From Camelus ferus (Eukaryota): a DNA stretch of 64,000 nucleotides. Each line of letters opens with the position of its first letter. Position 1 is the stretch's first letter. Shown piece after piece: positions 1 through 11,600 of this stretch. The notes under the pieces are model-generated. The model did no database searches and had not been told where the DNA came from. It worked only from the letters and a program-made list of their open reading frames with translations. A program made the translations under genes and the position numbers. The DNA lies in NCBI RefSeq assembly GCF_009834535.1, contig NC_045696.1, positions 65,226,001 to 65,290,000 on the forward strand, read 5' to 3'.

Positions 1-185
1 TTTTTTTTCCACTCCATAGGGTGTCTTTTTATCCTCTTCACACAGTCTTTTCACAGAGCAAGAGTATTTTTTTTAATTTTAATGAGGTCTAATTTATTAA
101 CTTTTCCTTTTATGGTTTGTGATTTTGGTGTCAAGTCTAAGAACTCTCTTTCTAAACCTGCATCTTGAAATTTTTCTCATTTATT
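1..185 (-). mobile_element. Old L1 (L1M-type) ORF2 fragment
   Basis: Antisense L1 ORF2-like text 'ttttaatgaggtctaatttattaacttttccttttatggtttgtgattttggtgtcaagtctaagaa'. Confidence 0.7.
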
Positions 186-304
186 GGTTTTTGATGACTT
201 GGCTAAATTCAATTTTTTGGTCAAATTTCCAAAGAATCTACAGTTGATACTCATTTGATAAATGGAGGAAGGACATGAGAACAGTGGGAAAGTATGGATG
301 ATTT

Positions 305-450
305 AGTGTAGTAGGAAGATCACAGCCTTAGATGACAGATAGACTCCAGTTTAAATTACAGTTTTGTCATATATTGGCTATGTGATATTGGTGTTTTTAC
401 TTATCTCTATCAATTTTTTGATTTCCAAAATAGAGATAGTAATAACTATA
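305..450 (+). mobile_element. MIR SINE
   Basis: Degenerate MIR core 'ggctatgtgatattgg...acttatctct...aaaatagagatagtaataacta'. Confidence 0.6.
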
Positions 451-1479
451 TTATTGTCATATAATGCAATATATGTAATATAAATGCAAAACCATGTAAA
501 TGTCATGGATTTGCATTGTAGATAAAATGATAGTCTTTAGCAGAAAACCTGCCATTTGGCATATACTAAATAAATAGAAAAAAAGATATTGATGTTTATA
601 TTAGTCATAATCATACATTGAATTATGTGCCAGCATTTATTGATGTAGAGGAATTTAGTTATGACCCCTTCCATTCTTAAACTGACATTCAAGGCAATGA
701 AGAAGCCAAAACTTGAGACTTTATCTTGTAATAAGAGAACATTATTTTGGCAAGTGATAGGAAACTTGGTGTGCAAAAAAATCAATGTTGTTAATGTTCA
801 TACTGCCTTTTGATAATTTGGCAGTTACTTAGACAGCTAAGTTTTAATAGTGTTAATTGATTTATAATCTACACTATTTCCAGTCTGATCAAACCCAAAT
901 TTTAATTTAGTAGGTAATGTTTCAGCAACTTTCCTCATTTAAAAAAAAGCATAATCTTTGTGCCTGCTTGAGATTATACTGAGACTTTTACTTATAGATT
1001 TTTGTTACAGGAATGAGAGGGGGACACAAATATAGGAAGCCTGGAATAGAACAGAGTGAACTGTATGTGAACAGCCGTCCTGAAACCAGTCTGATTTCCT
1101 GGGCCTGTTGCAAAGAAGGAGCAGCAGCTCAAGCCTTGGAAAGTGACCCTGAGGCTTAACCACACACGAGTTTGGGGGTGGCTAAGAGAACCACCGCATC
1201 TGAGGGCCTTCGTGATCTGACACCAACTTATCATTTTGTTTGTTACTCGTCATTTTGTCTGCCACTATGTTATATTTGACTTTACTTTCTTTCTGCATGG
1301 GACTACTTACCATTTATCAAATCAAACTATATTTACTAACTATGAACACCCTGACTTAAACCATCAGCCTGAATTTCCATTACTTCCCTCTCCAGGTGCT
1401 CAAGTTTAATTCTTCATGGCTTTGGGTCTCAGACTAACAGATAGATGTTCCACACATTGAAATGGCCCTTTACAATAGT

Positions 1480-1690
1480 GAAGAGCCTTTCACACCTATT
1501 CTCTTATTTGGTTTTTACAAGAACCTTATCAGTATTTTAGGTTACAATTAAATTAGTTTAAAATACAATTTTTCAGATGAGGAAAATAGAAAACATAGAT
1601 GTGCTTTAAACAACTATGAAGATCACATAAATATTGGAGAAGGAATTTGAAATTAAGTGATTTGTCTTAAAGTTTTTTTCCTCAATACCT
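1480..1690 (-). mobile_element. MIR SINE
   Basis: 'ttttcagatgaggaaaatagaa' antisense MIR core. Confidence 0.55.
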
Positions 1691-2834
1691 TATATAATTC
1701 CATAATAGCTTTCATTTCACAAAATAACATAACTTAAGAACTGGGACAGCTCCTATAAATTTAATTTGGTTATCACTGACTCTTTCTTGCTTTCACTTTA
1801 TTATTTTTTTCTGATAGGCTTCCTTGAAAGGTGAAATGGGCATAAACTGTCATCAGTGAATTTGAGTTCAAAAAAGTATTCCTGGTTAAATATATATCAA
1901 GTCTGCACTCTATGCTTTTGAGAACTGGGGCTTTGTGATTAAGTCTGTCACATGAAAAAAATGAAAATTAAAAAAATATCTCTATGAAGGTCCAATACGA
2001 TTGCCAAACACTAATTTTTGAAATGGCAATTTGCTGTTTCCATGTTATAGAATAATATTTAATTTATCCAGAAATGTTAAAACCAACTACGGTTCCAAAT
2101 GGTCAGAAATTATAATGCAGGGTTTGAACTGACTTGTCGAAAGTGCTAAGCTCCAGATTTAAAAAGTTTCATGAGTAACTTTGATTTTCCCAAAGAGATA
2201 CGTGAGCCTTTGGCACATACAGGCTTTGCGGTAAGTATTTTGATTTCCAAAGGAATGTTTGGGAAATGCCAAACCAGCATAAATCATAAAGCTTAAAAGT
2301 GCCTGCCTCTCCTCCTCCTCCTCCTACTGCATGTCTTGCTGAAGTTTCTACACCTTTATGTACCACAAAGAGGCTGAAATGTATCGGAAAACTGTAGTTG
2401 GAGGTGAGGGAAAATAGGAGGAAAGATTACATTTTGTCAGTCCTTTTATTCTTTATCATTAGTTTCTAGGTTTTGGACAGTAGAGTGAGATGAAAGAAGG
2501 TCCCTGCTGTCTTACTGAAAGACAAAGTCATGATTCCTGGTGTTCAGGGACAAGCCCTGGGTTGAATACATCACAGTTACATCTTGGGCATGTCTTAGTT
2601 CTATGCTGGCAGAGAAAAATGCTGCTGGACATTTTTGGGGTGTGCGAGTGAGACAAGAGAAGAGAAGTTAAAATGATTTGAGGGTTATTGTGGCCACAGA
2701 GAGGTTTGAGAAGGAGACCAAAAGTCTTACAGCTTGTGTTTGATTATTTCCACTCTTGTTGCCATATGTATTTTGAGGCTTTTTCAGCTGTTCCTCACTG
2801 TGTCGTTGAAAGAAGAACGTTGAACTGAGATTTT

Positions 2835-3035
2835 ACAGAACTGGGTTTCAGTTATGACTTCAACACTCCCTGTTTCTGTAATGTTTGGCCAAATCACTTA
2901 GTTTCTCTAGTTATCTCTTTTCCTTATTAATAGCACAAAATAGACACTAGCATTCTTTTATAACTTATAGAACTATTGTGAGGCACAAGTAAACTAATAG
3001 ATAATGAAAACCCATGCATCGCATAAAGCACTAAA
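2835..3035 (+). mobile_element. MIR SINE
   Basis: 'gaactgggtttcagtt...ttggccaaatcacttagtttctct...tattgtgagg'. Confidence 0.55.
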
Positions 3036-3327
3036 GAAATCTATGGAATTATTGGGATTGTATCATAAAAAATGAGTCTAGAATCTTTTGTATTTTTAAT
3101 ATTCATGTAATCACATTGTCCTACCATATTTTTATTTAATGAGATTGCAGCTTTCGATAGGCACACTGAAAAAAAAAAGAATCTGAGACTAAGACAGTAA
3201 TCTGGCCTAAGATTTCTCCTGGTGGCAAGGGACTTCACGAAGAGAGCATTCAGATTTCAGGTGTTCTACCTTGTCTACATTTTAGGTTGGGTACCGTGTG
3301 CCAAAGGGATGTGCCATCCCCTTACAA

Positions 3328-3348
3328 ACTCCCGCCATCTGCTGGAAG
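3328..3348 (-). promoter_or_regulatory. Candidate CTCF binding site
   Basis: Reverse complement of 3332-3345 is CCAGCAGATGGCGG, matching the CTCF core consensus CCASYAGRKGGCRS at every position; lies in apparently non-repeat sequence. Confidence 0.55.
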
Positions 3349-4019
3349 GCCCCTCCTCAGGAGCCAGAATAGCATGGCAATACTTTTCTCCCCTTCCTTC
3401 TTTCCTTCATTACTGCCACAAGCAGCCACGTACTAACAATTTACCTACACGAATAAAGAAAATATTTATTCTAGTGCCCAAACTTGTTTATAGAAGTCAG
3501 AATTTTTTATTATGAGTTTCCTTTAAGCCCTCAGACAATGGTACATCTGATATCATTTAAATTTCCAATTTATACATTTCACTGAAGAAGACTCACTATA
3601 CTGAAATAGCAGCATCACTGAAATGTGAATGAGACTTGGTGCACTAATTTTTAATTTGGCCATTTGCCTACTCACTGAAGCAGGAGAAGAGATGAAGATA
3701 ACCTGCTTAGGATGGACTAGGAAAATCCTTTTATTCTGGCATTGGGAGTCAGAGGGGACGGGTTCCACCTTGTGTGCATAACACATCTATAAAGTGAAGT
3801 ATGTCATTCCATTTACTCCACCAACACCTATAGTTCTGGTAGTTAAGACTCTCACTGAGGGTCGATTATAAACAAAGAAGAGGAATTTCTTTGCCATCTA
3901 CTTAAGCAATTCAACCAATCTTTTATTTAAAATATGTAAATGAACAAAGGAGGAAAATTGGATAGGCATTTAAGAAAAGCCAGCAGCACAAATAAAAATT
4001 GCTAAAATAAAAAAAAAAA

Positions 4020-4790
4020 AGCATGCTCTTGAGAAGTGAATAAAATTCATGGAAGAAAAAAATAACTAAAAGTCCATTTTGCTAAAATTTTTGGGAGTGT
4101 TTAAAAAGTATATTTCATCCATAAAATAAAAAATACAAGAAATATGCTCCCTCTAGAAAGATGCACTAAGAAAAAAGAAAGAGTTTGTTTTGGCTACATT
4201 TTAAAAAATCAATAGCAGAACTAGAGGAAAATTCAAGTAATTCTCTCAGAATATTATTCAAAGATGAAAATTTTGATAGAAAAGATGAGAGACAGAGAGA
4301 CCCAAAATCCATCTAATGAAAATGGGAAGAGGGGATTCTACAGAAACCATAGAAGAAATATACCCACTGTTGATTAAGATTACAAAAACGGTTCCATATA
4401 GTGAAATTTCATAACCTTAATTAAAAAGAGAAGACCTAACATTTTTTATAGAGAAAAACAAAGAAACAACATCCAAATAGTACATCTATAAATTAGCAAA
4501 GCAAATGGCATCAGATTTCTCATCTGCACATAAGTTCCTAGTTGACAATAGAACTAAAAGTTCAGAGAAAAGATAAGATTTTTTAAAATTGAGGTACAGT
4601 CAGTTACAGTGTGTCAATTACTGGTGTACGCCACAATGTCCCAGTCATGTATATACATACATATAAAACAATAAGATTTAAACCTAAACATTTCTTTATA
4701 GATATTACTAGTCAAGTGTGTATGCCAAATTAAGACTTTTTTAGACATTGAATGATTCAAAAAGTACATGTAAAATAATATGAGGAAATG
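4020..4790 (+). mobile_element. Ancient L1ME/HAL1-like ORF1 remnant, interrupted by a younger L1 3' end
   Basis: A-rich ORF1-like sequence 'atggcatcagatttctcatctgcac' and 'taagactttttagacattgaatgattcaaaaag'. Confidence 0.5.
4582..4670 (-). mobile_element. Short 5'-truncated camelid-type L1 3' end
   Basis: 'ttgaggtacagtcagttacagtgtgtcaattactggtgtacgccacaatgtcccagtcatg'; TSD ataagattt at 4573-4581 and 4671-4679. Confidence 0.8.
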
Positions 4791-5109
4791 CAAAGGCAAA
4801 ATTTAAATAAAATCCCCAGAAGTACAACTATCTGGGAAATGGTCTTCAGCATTTACTTCATAAGCTACACACACTCACCCTCCCCACCAACACACACAAA
4901 TAAAAGGTTAGCATCTGCCATGGAACCTGCTTAAGATGGCTAAATAAGTATTTGTTAAATAAAGGCTTTGAATTCATATCATAGTCCATGGTTGAAGTTC
5001 TAGATAAACATTACCTTCCCTTCAGATATTTTGGGCTATATATTTTTCTTTTTGGAGTTTGGCCAAAGATAAAGCAAGAGACCAAGCTTTCATCATTTAA
5101 GCTGGAGAA

Positions 5110-5141
5110 CAGAGACAGAGACAGAGACAGAGACACAGAGA
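5110..5141 (+). repeat. (CAGAGA)n hexanucleotide microsatellite
   Basis: cagagacagagacagagacagagacacagaga. Confidence 0.9.
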
Positions 5142-5293
5142 AGTTCCCCCAATTTTATTTTGTCACATAGCACAAAGAAAATTATAAAAGATGCGATAAT
5201 TGATGTGATACATAAAAAGAGCATATGGGACTTGAAAAATTCTAGCTGCCTAATAGTAGAATGACCATCTATTAGCCAAATAGAGATATTTGA

Positions 5294-5613
5294 TATCAAG
5301 TATTAAATACAAGTGAACTTATTTACAAAACAGAAATGGACTCACAGACATACAAAACAAATACATGGTTACTAAAGGGAGGGGTAATAAATTAGGAGTT
5401 TGGGATTAGCAGACACAAACTACTATATAGAAAATAGATAAACAACAAGGTCCTATTGTATGGAACAGGGAATTATATTCAATATCCTCTAATAAACCAC
5501 AATGGCAAAGAATATATATGTGTATAACTGAATCACTTTGCTGTACACCAGAAATTAACACAACATTGTAAATCAACTATACTTCAAAAATAAAATAAGA
5601 TAAAATAAAAAAC
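5294..5613 (+). mobile_element. Cetartiodactyl-type L1 3'UTR with A-rich tail
   Basis: 'gaacttatttacaaaacagaaatggactcacagac...aactgaatcactttgctgtacaccagaa...aatcaactatacttc'; TSD aaa(t/g)agagatatttga at 5278-5293 and 5614-5629. Confidence 0.9.
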
Positions 5614-5814
5614 AAAGAGAGATATTTGAGAGTGAAAAAGGGTGCTAAAATAATAAAAATACATACCTCAAAAGTTACATAATCATTGCCCAGATTTGGT
5701 CAAACTCAATTTTCTGGGCACAGCCCTCCAGAATATCAAATCTGCTCGAGACTTTTGATATCAACTGCAATAATAATAATAATAATTACTATTATTATTC
5801 TCTGGGAATGAGGC

Positions 5815-6790
5815 TTTTTTCAACTTTTTTATTTAGTTATAGTCATTTTACAATGCTGTGTCAAATTCCAGTGTAGAGCACAATTTTTCAGTTATACATG
5901 AACATACATATATTCATTGTCACATTTTTTTTTTGCTGTGAGCTACCACAAGATCTTGTATATATTTTCATGTGCTATACAGTATAATCCTGTTTATCTA
6001 TTCTGCACATGCCTGTCAGTATCTACAAATTTTGAACTCCCACTCTGTCCCTTCCCACCCCCTGCCCCCTTGGCAACCACAAGTTTGTATTCTATCTCTA
6101 TGAATCTGTTTCTGTTTTGTCTTTATGTTCTTTTCTTTTTTTTTTAAGATTCCACATATGAACGATTTTTCTTTCTCTTTCTGGCTTACTTCACGTAGAA
6201 TGACATTCTCCAGGAATATCCATGTTGCTGCAAATGGTGTTATGTTGTCTTTTTTATGGCTGAACAGTATTCCATTGTATAAATATACCACATCTTCTTT
6301 GTCCAGTCATCTGTTGATGGACATTTAGGCTGTTTCCATGTCTTGGCTGTTGTAAATAGTACTGCTATGAACATTGGGGTGCAGGTGTCATCGTGAAGTA
6401 GGGTTCCTTCTGGATATATGCCCAGGAGCAGGATTCCTGGGTCATGTGGTAAGTCTATTCCTAGTCTTTTGAATAATCTCCATACTGTTTTCCACACTGG
6501 CTGCACCAAACTGCATTCCCACCAGCAGTGTAGGAGGGTTCCCTTTTCTCCACAGCCTCTCCAGCATTTATTGTTTGTGGACTTTTGAATGATGGCCATT
6601 CTGACTGGTGTGAGGTGCTACTTCATTGTAGGTTTGATTTGCATTTCTCTGATAATTAGTGATATTGAGCATTTTTTCATGTGCCTATTGATCATTTGTG
6701 TTTCTTCCTTGGAGAATTGCTTGTTTAGGTCTTCTGCCCATTTTTGGATTGGGTTGTTTGTTTTTTTGGATTGGGTTGTTTGTTTTTTTT
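5815..6790 (-). mobile_element. Relatively young camelid-type L1, 5'-truncated (ORF2 C-terminus + 3'UTR)
   Basis: 3'UTR 'ttacaatgctgtgtcaaattccagtgtagagcacaa' and clear ORF2 C-terminal peptide. Confidence 0.95.
6170..6740 (-). pseudogene. Disabled L1 ORF2p C-terminal (Cys-rich) segment
   Basis: Translates [25 protein letters not shown]...[37 protein letters not shown]...; in-frame TAG near 6618-6620 and a frameshift near 6250 (continues as PFAATW in ORF 6016-6291). Confidence 0.9.
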
Positions 6791-7199
6791 CTTATTTGGC
6801 TACTAAAGGATTTTGTTTGCCATTGAGTGCTGTTTTATTAGCAAATACCAATTAAATTTAAGGCTTCCCACTCAAAATACATGAAAAGCACTGATCAGTG
6901 TTTTGGTTTCTGTTAGTTTGTAAGGAGACAATACATTTTTAAAATTCTCCCAAGGCTTCATGTTGAAGTTTATCTTTACTCTCTTGGTTTCTTGTTTGTT
7001 TTGTTTTTTCATAGAAAAGACTATATACATTAGTAAATCCTAATTCAAAGACTTCTTTTGTGTGAGAGTTTTACATTTGATTTGTTTTCTCTTTCAGATT
7101 AGGTTGCGTGGCTTTTGGGGAGATGTGTATGTGTGAGGGGCAGGGCTGTGAGTTTTTTACTTTCTTAAATATGTTTTTTGGTGCCGTAAAAAAAAAAAG

Positions 7200-8028
7200 T
7201 ATATGCTTCAGTGCCATTAAGCATATTCACAGAGTTGTGCAAACTCACCAGCCACTTCTTGTCATCCCAAACTGAAACTCTGTGTCATATCCACTAAACA
7301 CTAACTCATCTTTCTCCATGCTTCCTCCCCTCAGCCCCTGGTTAACTGGTCTACATTCCAACTCTACAAATATGAATACTCTCTGACTTCATGTAAGTTG
7401 TCTTATACAATATCTTTTTATGTCTGGTTGATTTTATCAGAGTTCATTTAAATTGTAGCATGTGTCAGAATTTCATTCCTGTTTTAAGCTGAACAGTATT
7501 CCATTGTGTGTGTGTGTGTGTGTGTGTGTATAAATATTTTGTTTATTCATTTATCCATGAATGATGGACACTCAGGTTGTTTCCACCTTTTGGCTACTGT
7601 GAATACTACTACTACTATGAACATGGGTGTACAAATATCTGTTAGAGTCTCTGCCTTCAATTATTGTAGGTATTTAACTAGAAGTGAAATTGCTGGGTTA
7701 TATGGTAATTCTATTTTTAATTTTTTGAAGAAGTATCACCCTGCTCTCCAAAATAGCTGCACCATCTTACATTCCCACCAGTAATGCACAAGGATTCCAA
7801 TTTCTCCACAACCTTGCCCAAACTTGTTATTTTCTGAGGTTTTATTTTTTGTTTATTTGTTTGCTTTTTTTGTAACAGCCATCCTCATGGGTGTGAAGTG
7901 GTGTCTCATTATGGCTTTGATTTGCATTTTCCTAGTGATTAGTGAGGCTATCTTTCCATGAGTTTATTGATCATTTTTACATACCTCCATTGGAGAAATG
8001 TCTGTTCAAGTCCTTTGCCCATTTTTTG
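7200..8028 (-). mobile_element. L1MB-like 3' end with internal (TG)n
   Basis: 'catcccaaactgaaactctgt...ttggctactgtgaatac...tgaacatgggtgtacaaatatct...ttacattcccaccag'; (TG)n at ~7505-7529. Confidence 0.85.
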
Positions 8029-8417
8029 ATGTCTAGTGTTAGTAATATGTGGAACATTTACAGTGTTTTGTATCATATAAGACAACGATGATGGAACTAC
8101 TAACAGTCAATTCACCTTGCAAACAATGTAAACTAATGGTATTGACAAATACAGTACAGTACTGTAAATGATTTTGCCTTTCTTATGATTTTCTTAAATT
8201 TTCTTTTCACTAGTTTACTTTATTTTAAGAATAAAGTATATAATACATATGACAAACAAAATACCTTTTAATAGACTGTTTATGTTACCGATGAGGCTTC
8301 CAGTCGACAGTAGGCTATCAGTAGCTAAGTTTTGGGAAGTCAAAAGTTATACATGGATTTTCGACTGCGTGAGGATCAGTGCCCCTATTCCCCTTTGTGT
8401 TGTTCAAGGGCCAACTG
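8029..8417 (+). mobile_element. Tigger2a-like TcMar-Tigger DNA transposon, one end only
   Basis: Ends in 'ggattttcgactgcg...gttgttcaagggccaactg' followed by TA (8418-8419), the Tigger2/MER8-type terminal inverted repeat. Confidence 0.8.
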
Positions 8418-8419
8418 TA

Positions 8420-8700
8420 TACTCCCACCAGCAGTGTATGAGGGTTCTAGTTGCTCTTATATCCTCATTAACACTTAGTATTGTTAAGCTTTTTTTAAAT
8501 TAGCTATTCTTTTGAGCATGTATTGATATCTAATTTTGATTTAAATTTGTATTTCCTGTGAATAACAATTAAGCATTTTTAATATCTTAATTGGAAGAAA
8601 CTGTATATAATTGGAATCCATACTTTTCAGATATTCATATTGCAGAAGTTTTTTTCCAGTGTGTGATCTGTCTTTTTACTCTCCTCATTACAGCTTCTAA
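8420..8700 (-). mobile_element. Old L1M ORF2 3' fragment
   Basis: 'actcccaccagcagtgtatgagggttctagttgct'. Confidence 0.7.
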
Positions 8701-9894
8701 TAATTAGTGTTTGTGTATATAAAAATGTGTGGCGTGTGTGTGTGTGCATTGTGTTTAATTTCCCCTTCTATACTGTTCATCTTCATATTCTTTAGAGAAA
8801 CTAATCAGACGCCTTTCTTGTTTGGAACAACACCCTTTAAATACTTCATACCTTTATATCCATTAATGATCAGACAATTTGACTTTTGTTTTTATGTTTG
8901 ATCATTTTTAAGGTCATATTTTGAGGAAACTGAAGTTCTTATAGAGGAAGTGACTTCTTCAATACCTCTTAACGGTTGTTACTGGAGCAGATTTCAAATC
9001 ACAATCCTTTAATTCTGCTGATATCCCTACATGCTTCCCATTGACAAGAGCCTCTAAATAATACATTCAGTATACCCACTAAAAGGTTTTTTTAAAATCA
9101 AACTTTCCACAATTTACTTACTCAAGATTCAGGTTATTTAAATTTTTTGGACAGTTCTAATTATTTTTTCCATAATAGTTCCAAAAAGCTTCTGCAAATC
9201 ACAGCCTCTCTGTCCTGACCTGATAGAACTGTAGAGCAGACTCCTTAGGGTAACTTTGCTTTTATGAGAACTGACAATTCATGTCTCCCCAAAAGCACTC
9301 TCATTTTTCCTTTGCTCTCAAGTCTGCTATTTTAATCTAGTCAGTTGCAAAGGAAAAGAAGATTAAAGCAGGGTAAGGCGTTACACACACACACAAAAGC
9401 ACTGTACTGAAGAGGAAAACAGAATCTTGTGATTTTGGTATCCAATAAACGCTTGATTTTAGAAAAAAAAAAAAAACTTAGAAACATGGTATTTCAAATA
9501 ACCTGACAGATGTTGTTTTAAGTGATGCTATACAATTGTTATATTTCTTCCTAAAAAGACATAGAAGCAATAATGATGAGTATAAATAATCTCAAAATAA
9601 TTTTGCACAACTAAAACTGCACTATTTAAGTAGTGTATCCCAGAGCTTCCTAGCTACAATTAATACATGTGCTTCAAATGTCCTTTTACATTTTATGCCC
9701 TAAGTTAATAATCACTAGAGGCTCATGGACTTAAACAAAGTTGTATTGCAATGAATGCATATAGATGCTTTGGAAAGAATTAATACGGTATTACCACAGG
9801 ATACTGTTTACTTTGCTGCTCCTTAGAAATCATATCTTCCCTATTAGCCACAAGGCTTTAAGGAGGGTAGCTATCAACTGCAATACTTACCATT

Positions 9895-10340
9895 TGCAGT
9901 CACCTATCCTTGAACTATTGATGTAGTCTTTGACTTCACCATCTCCCTAGGGTCTGATACCTAATCAGTTGCCAAATCCTGTTGATTTGGCCATAGTTGT
10001 AGAAATGGAGAGAAAGGGAGATTTATCTCCATTCCCCAGCTATTACTTTAAAGAGGTACCACTATTGCTTCTTCGAGCAATTGCAAGAGCACCATCCAGT
10101 TTGCCATTTCTCCTGGCTCTTCTTAATCTAATCCATTTATTCCACCTGGATAATTTTTCAACAATACTAACAGGATGCTGCTTTGGTTTTATTCAAAATC
10201 TCCCAGTGATTTCTATTTTATTTTGGCAATGTAATTCCAGGGTTTTAGCGTAATGCTCAAGTTTCCACATGACCTGGCCCTAAGCTCTTTTTTTTTCAAA
10301 CCTTCCCCCCATCATTCCTCTACTATACTTTATATCCCAC
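9895..10340 (+). mobile_element. L2 LINE fragment
   Basis: 'aatcagttgccaaatcctgttgattt', 'ttccacatgacctggccct'. Confidence 0.55.
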
Positions 10341-11394
10341 TCTCCTAAGTCTCTAAGATTTTCACATGGTGTGTGCCATTGCTTACTGAAGTCTTCTATC
10401 ACAAGGCTTTCAACCTACCCACCTTGAAAACAGCACTTAAAACATATTTAAGTACTAAATATCTTACAAAAATGATTTCAGCTATTTCTTATAAACACAA
10501 CCTACTGACTGTCAAGCACTAGTAGAGACTGTTTCAGTTCTGACAAGTATCCATCAATGTTAGAATAAAACAAACTCCATGCTGATGTGTTAATTTCTCT
10601 CTAGTGGGATGAACAAACTTCTAGCTTCTTTCTAAATAAGTCTTCTATAAACTACGGTACTTCCTCTGGCCACAGGAATAACTGCCATTATTCAATTAAA
10701 TGTATCCGATGAAAGAGAAAAAGCACACATTAACTGAAGTGAGAAATAGGCAGAATGGTCTCATTTCTCCATTGTCATCTACTTTTTCACTCACTTAGAC
10801 CTTTATATCTGTTCAGTGAACTCCCTTTTATGTGGCACAGGGAAACAATTTCTCTCTAAAAAGGAAGACAGTGTCAATGAGCATAGATTTCATAAATGAT
10901 TCTGATTTTAATGAGATTGAAACTGTCTTCCTGTGTGGAGTTTTAAAAGGTGACTCATTACCAGGAACTAGATTTAATGAGGCCTCATTTATTCAAAAGC
11001 TTTTAGAATGTGGTATTCCACATAACTGAAATTTTCAGAAAGTTTAAATGATATTCTAAAATTTTCTTTTAAAAAAACCCTTTGAAAATAGGTATCTTCC
11101 TTTGTTGTTTTCTACAATACAGGACATTGGTCTATTTTTGTTGAGCTTGGGGGTTTATCATTATGGATATTCCTTAAGTTATTATTGAGCCATATGGTCT
11201 ATAGTGGCTTTAATAACTTCTCAAATTTTGGGTGGTCAGCTGACATCTCTTTCATAATAAATTTACTTTCAGTTAAGAATATTTCTCTTGCTCTTGTTTC
11301 CTCCTTTTATCTTTTGTGAACCAAAAAACAGGTGGCCAAAGAAATCAAGAATCATATACTATATAAAAGGGCAAAATACTTCTATGTGACAGTT

Positions 11395-11600
11395 CACAAT
11401 TTATAAAACACTGGAGTAGACATTACTCTGTTTAATCATCAAAGCAATTCTGAGGGGCAGATATTATCTACATTTACAAATAAGAAAGTGGGAGCTGAGA
11501 TAAGTAGATCATATTTTGTTAAGTCCATATAGCCAGTAAGTGTATCTATAGAACTTGAACCCAAACCTGTTGCCTCCATCTATGGTATATTTTGCATTGC
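11395..11600 (-). mobile_element. MIR SINE
   Basis: 'attatctacattttacaaataagaaagtgggagctgaga...gaacttgaacccaa'. Confidence 0.65.

Noticed and set aside
6240..6599. 119-aa ORF with Cys-rich motif as a host gene
   Set aside because: It is the L1 ORF2p C-terminus, with an upstream in-frame stop and a downstream frameshift.
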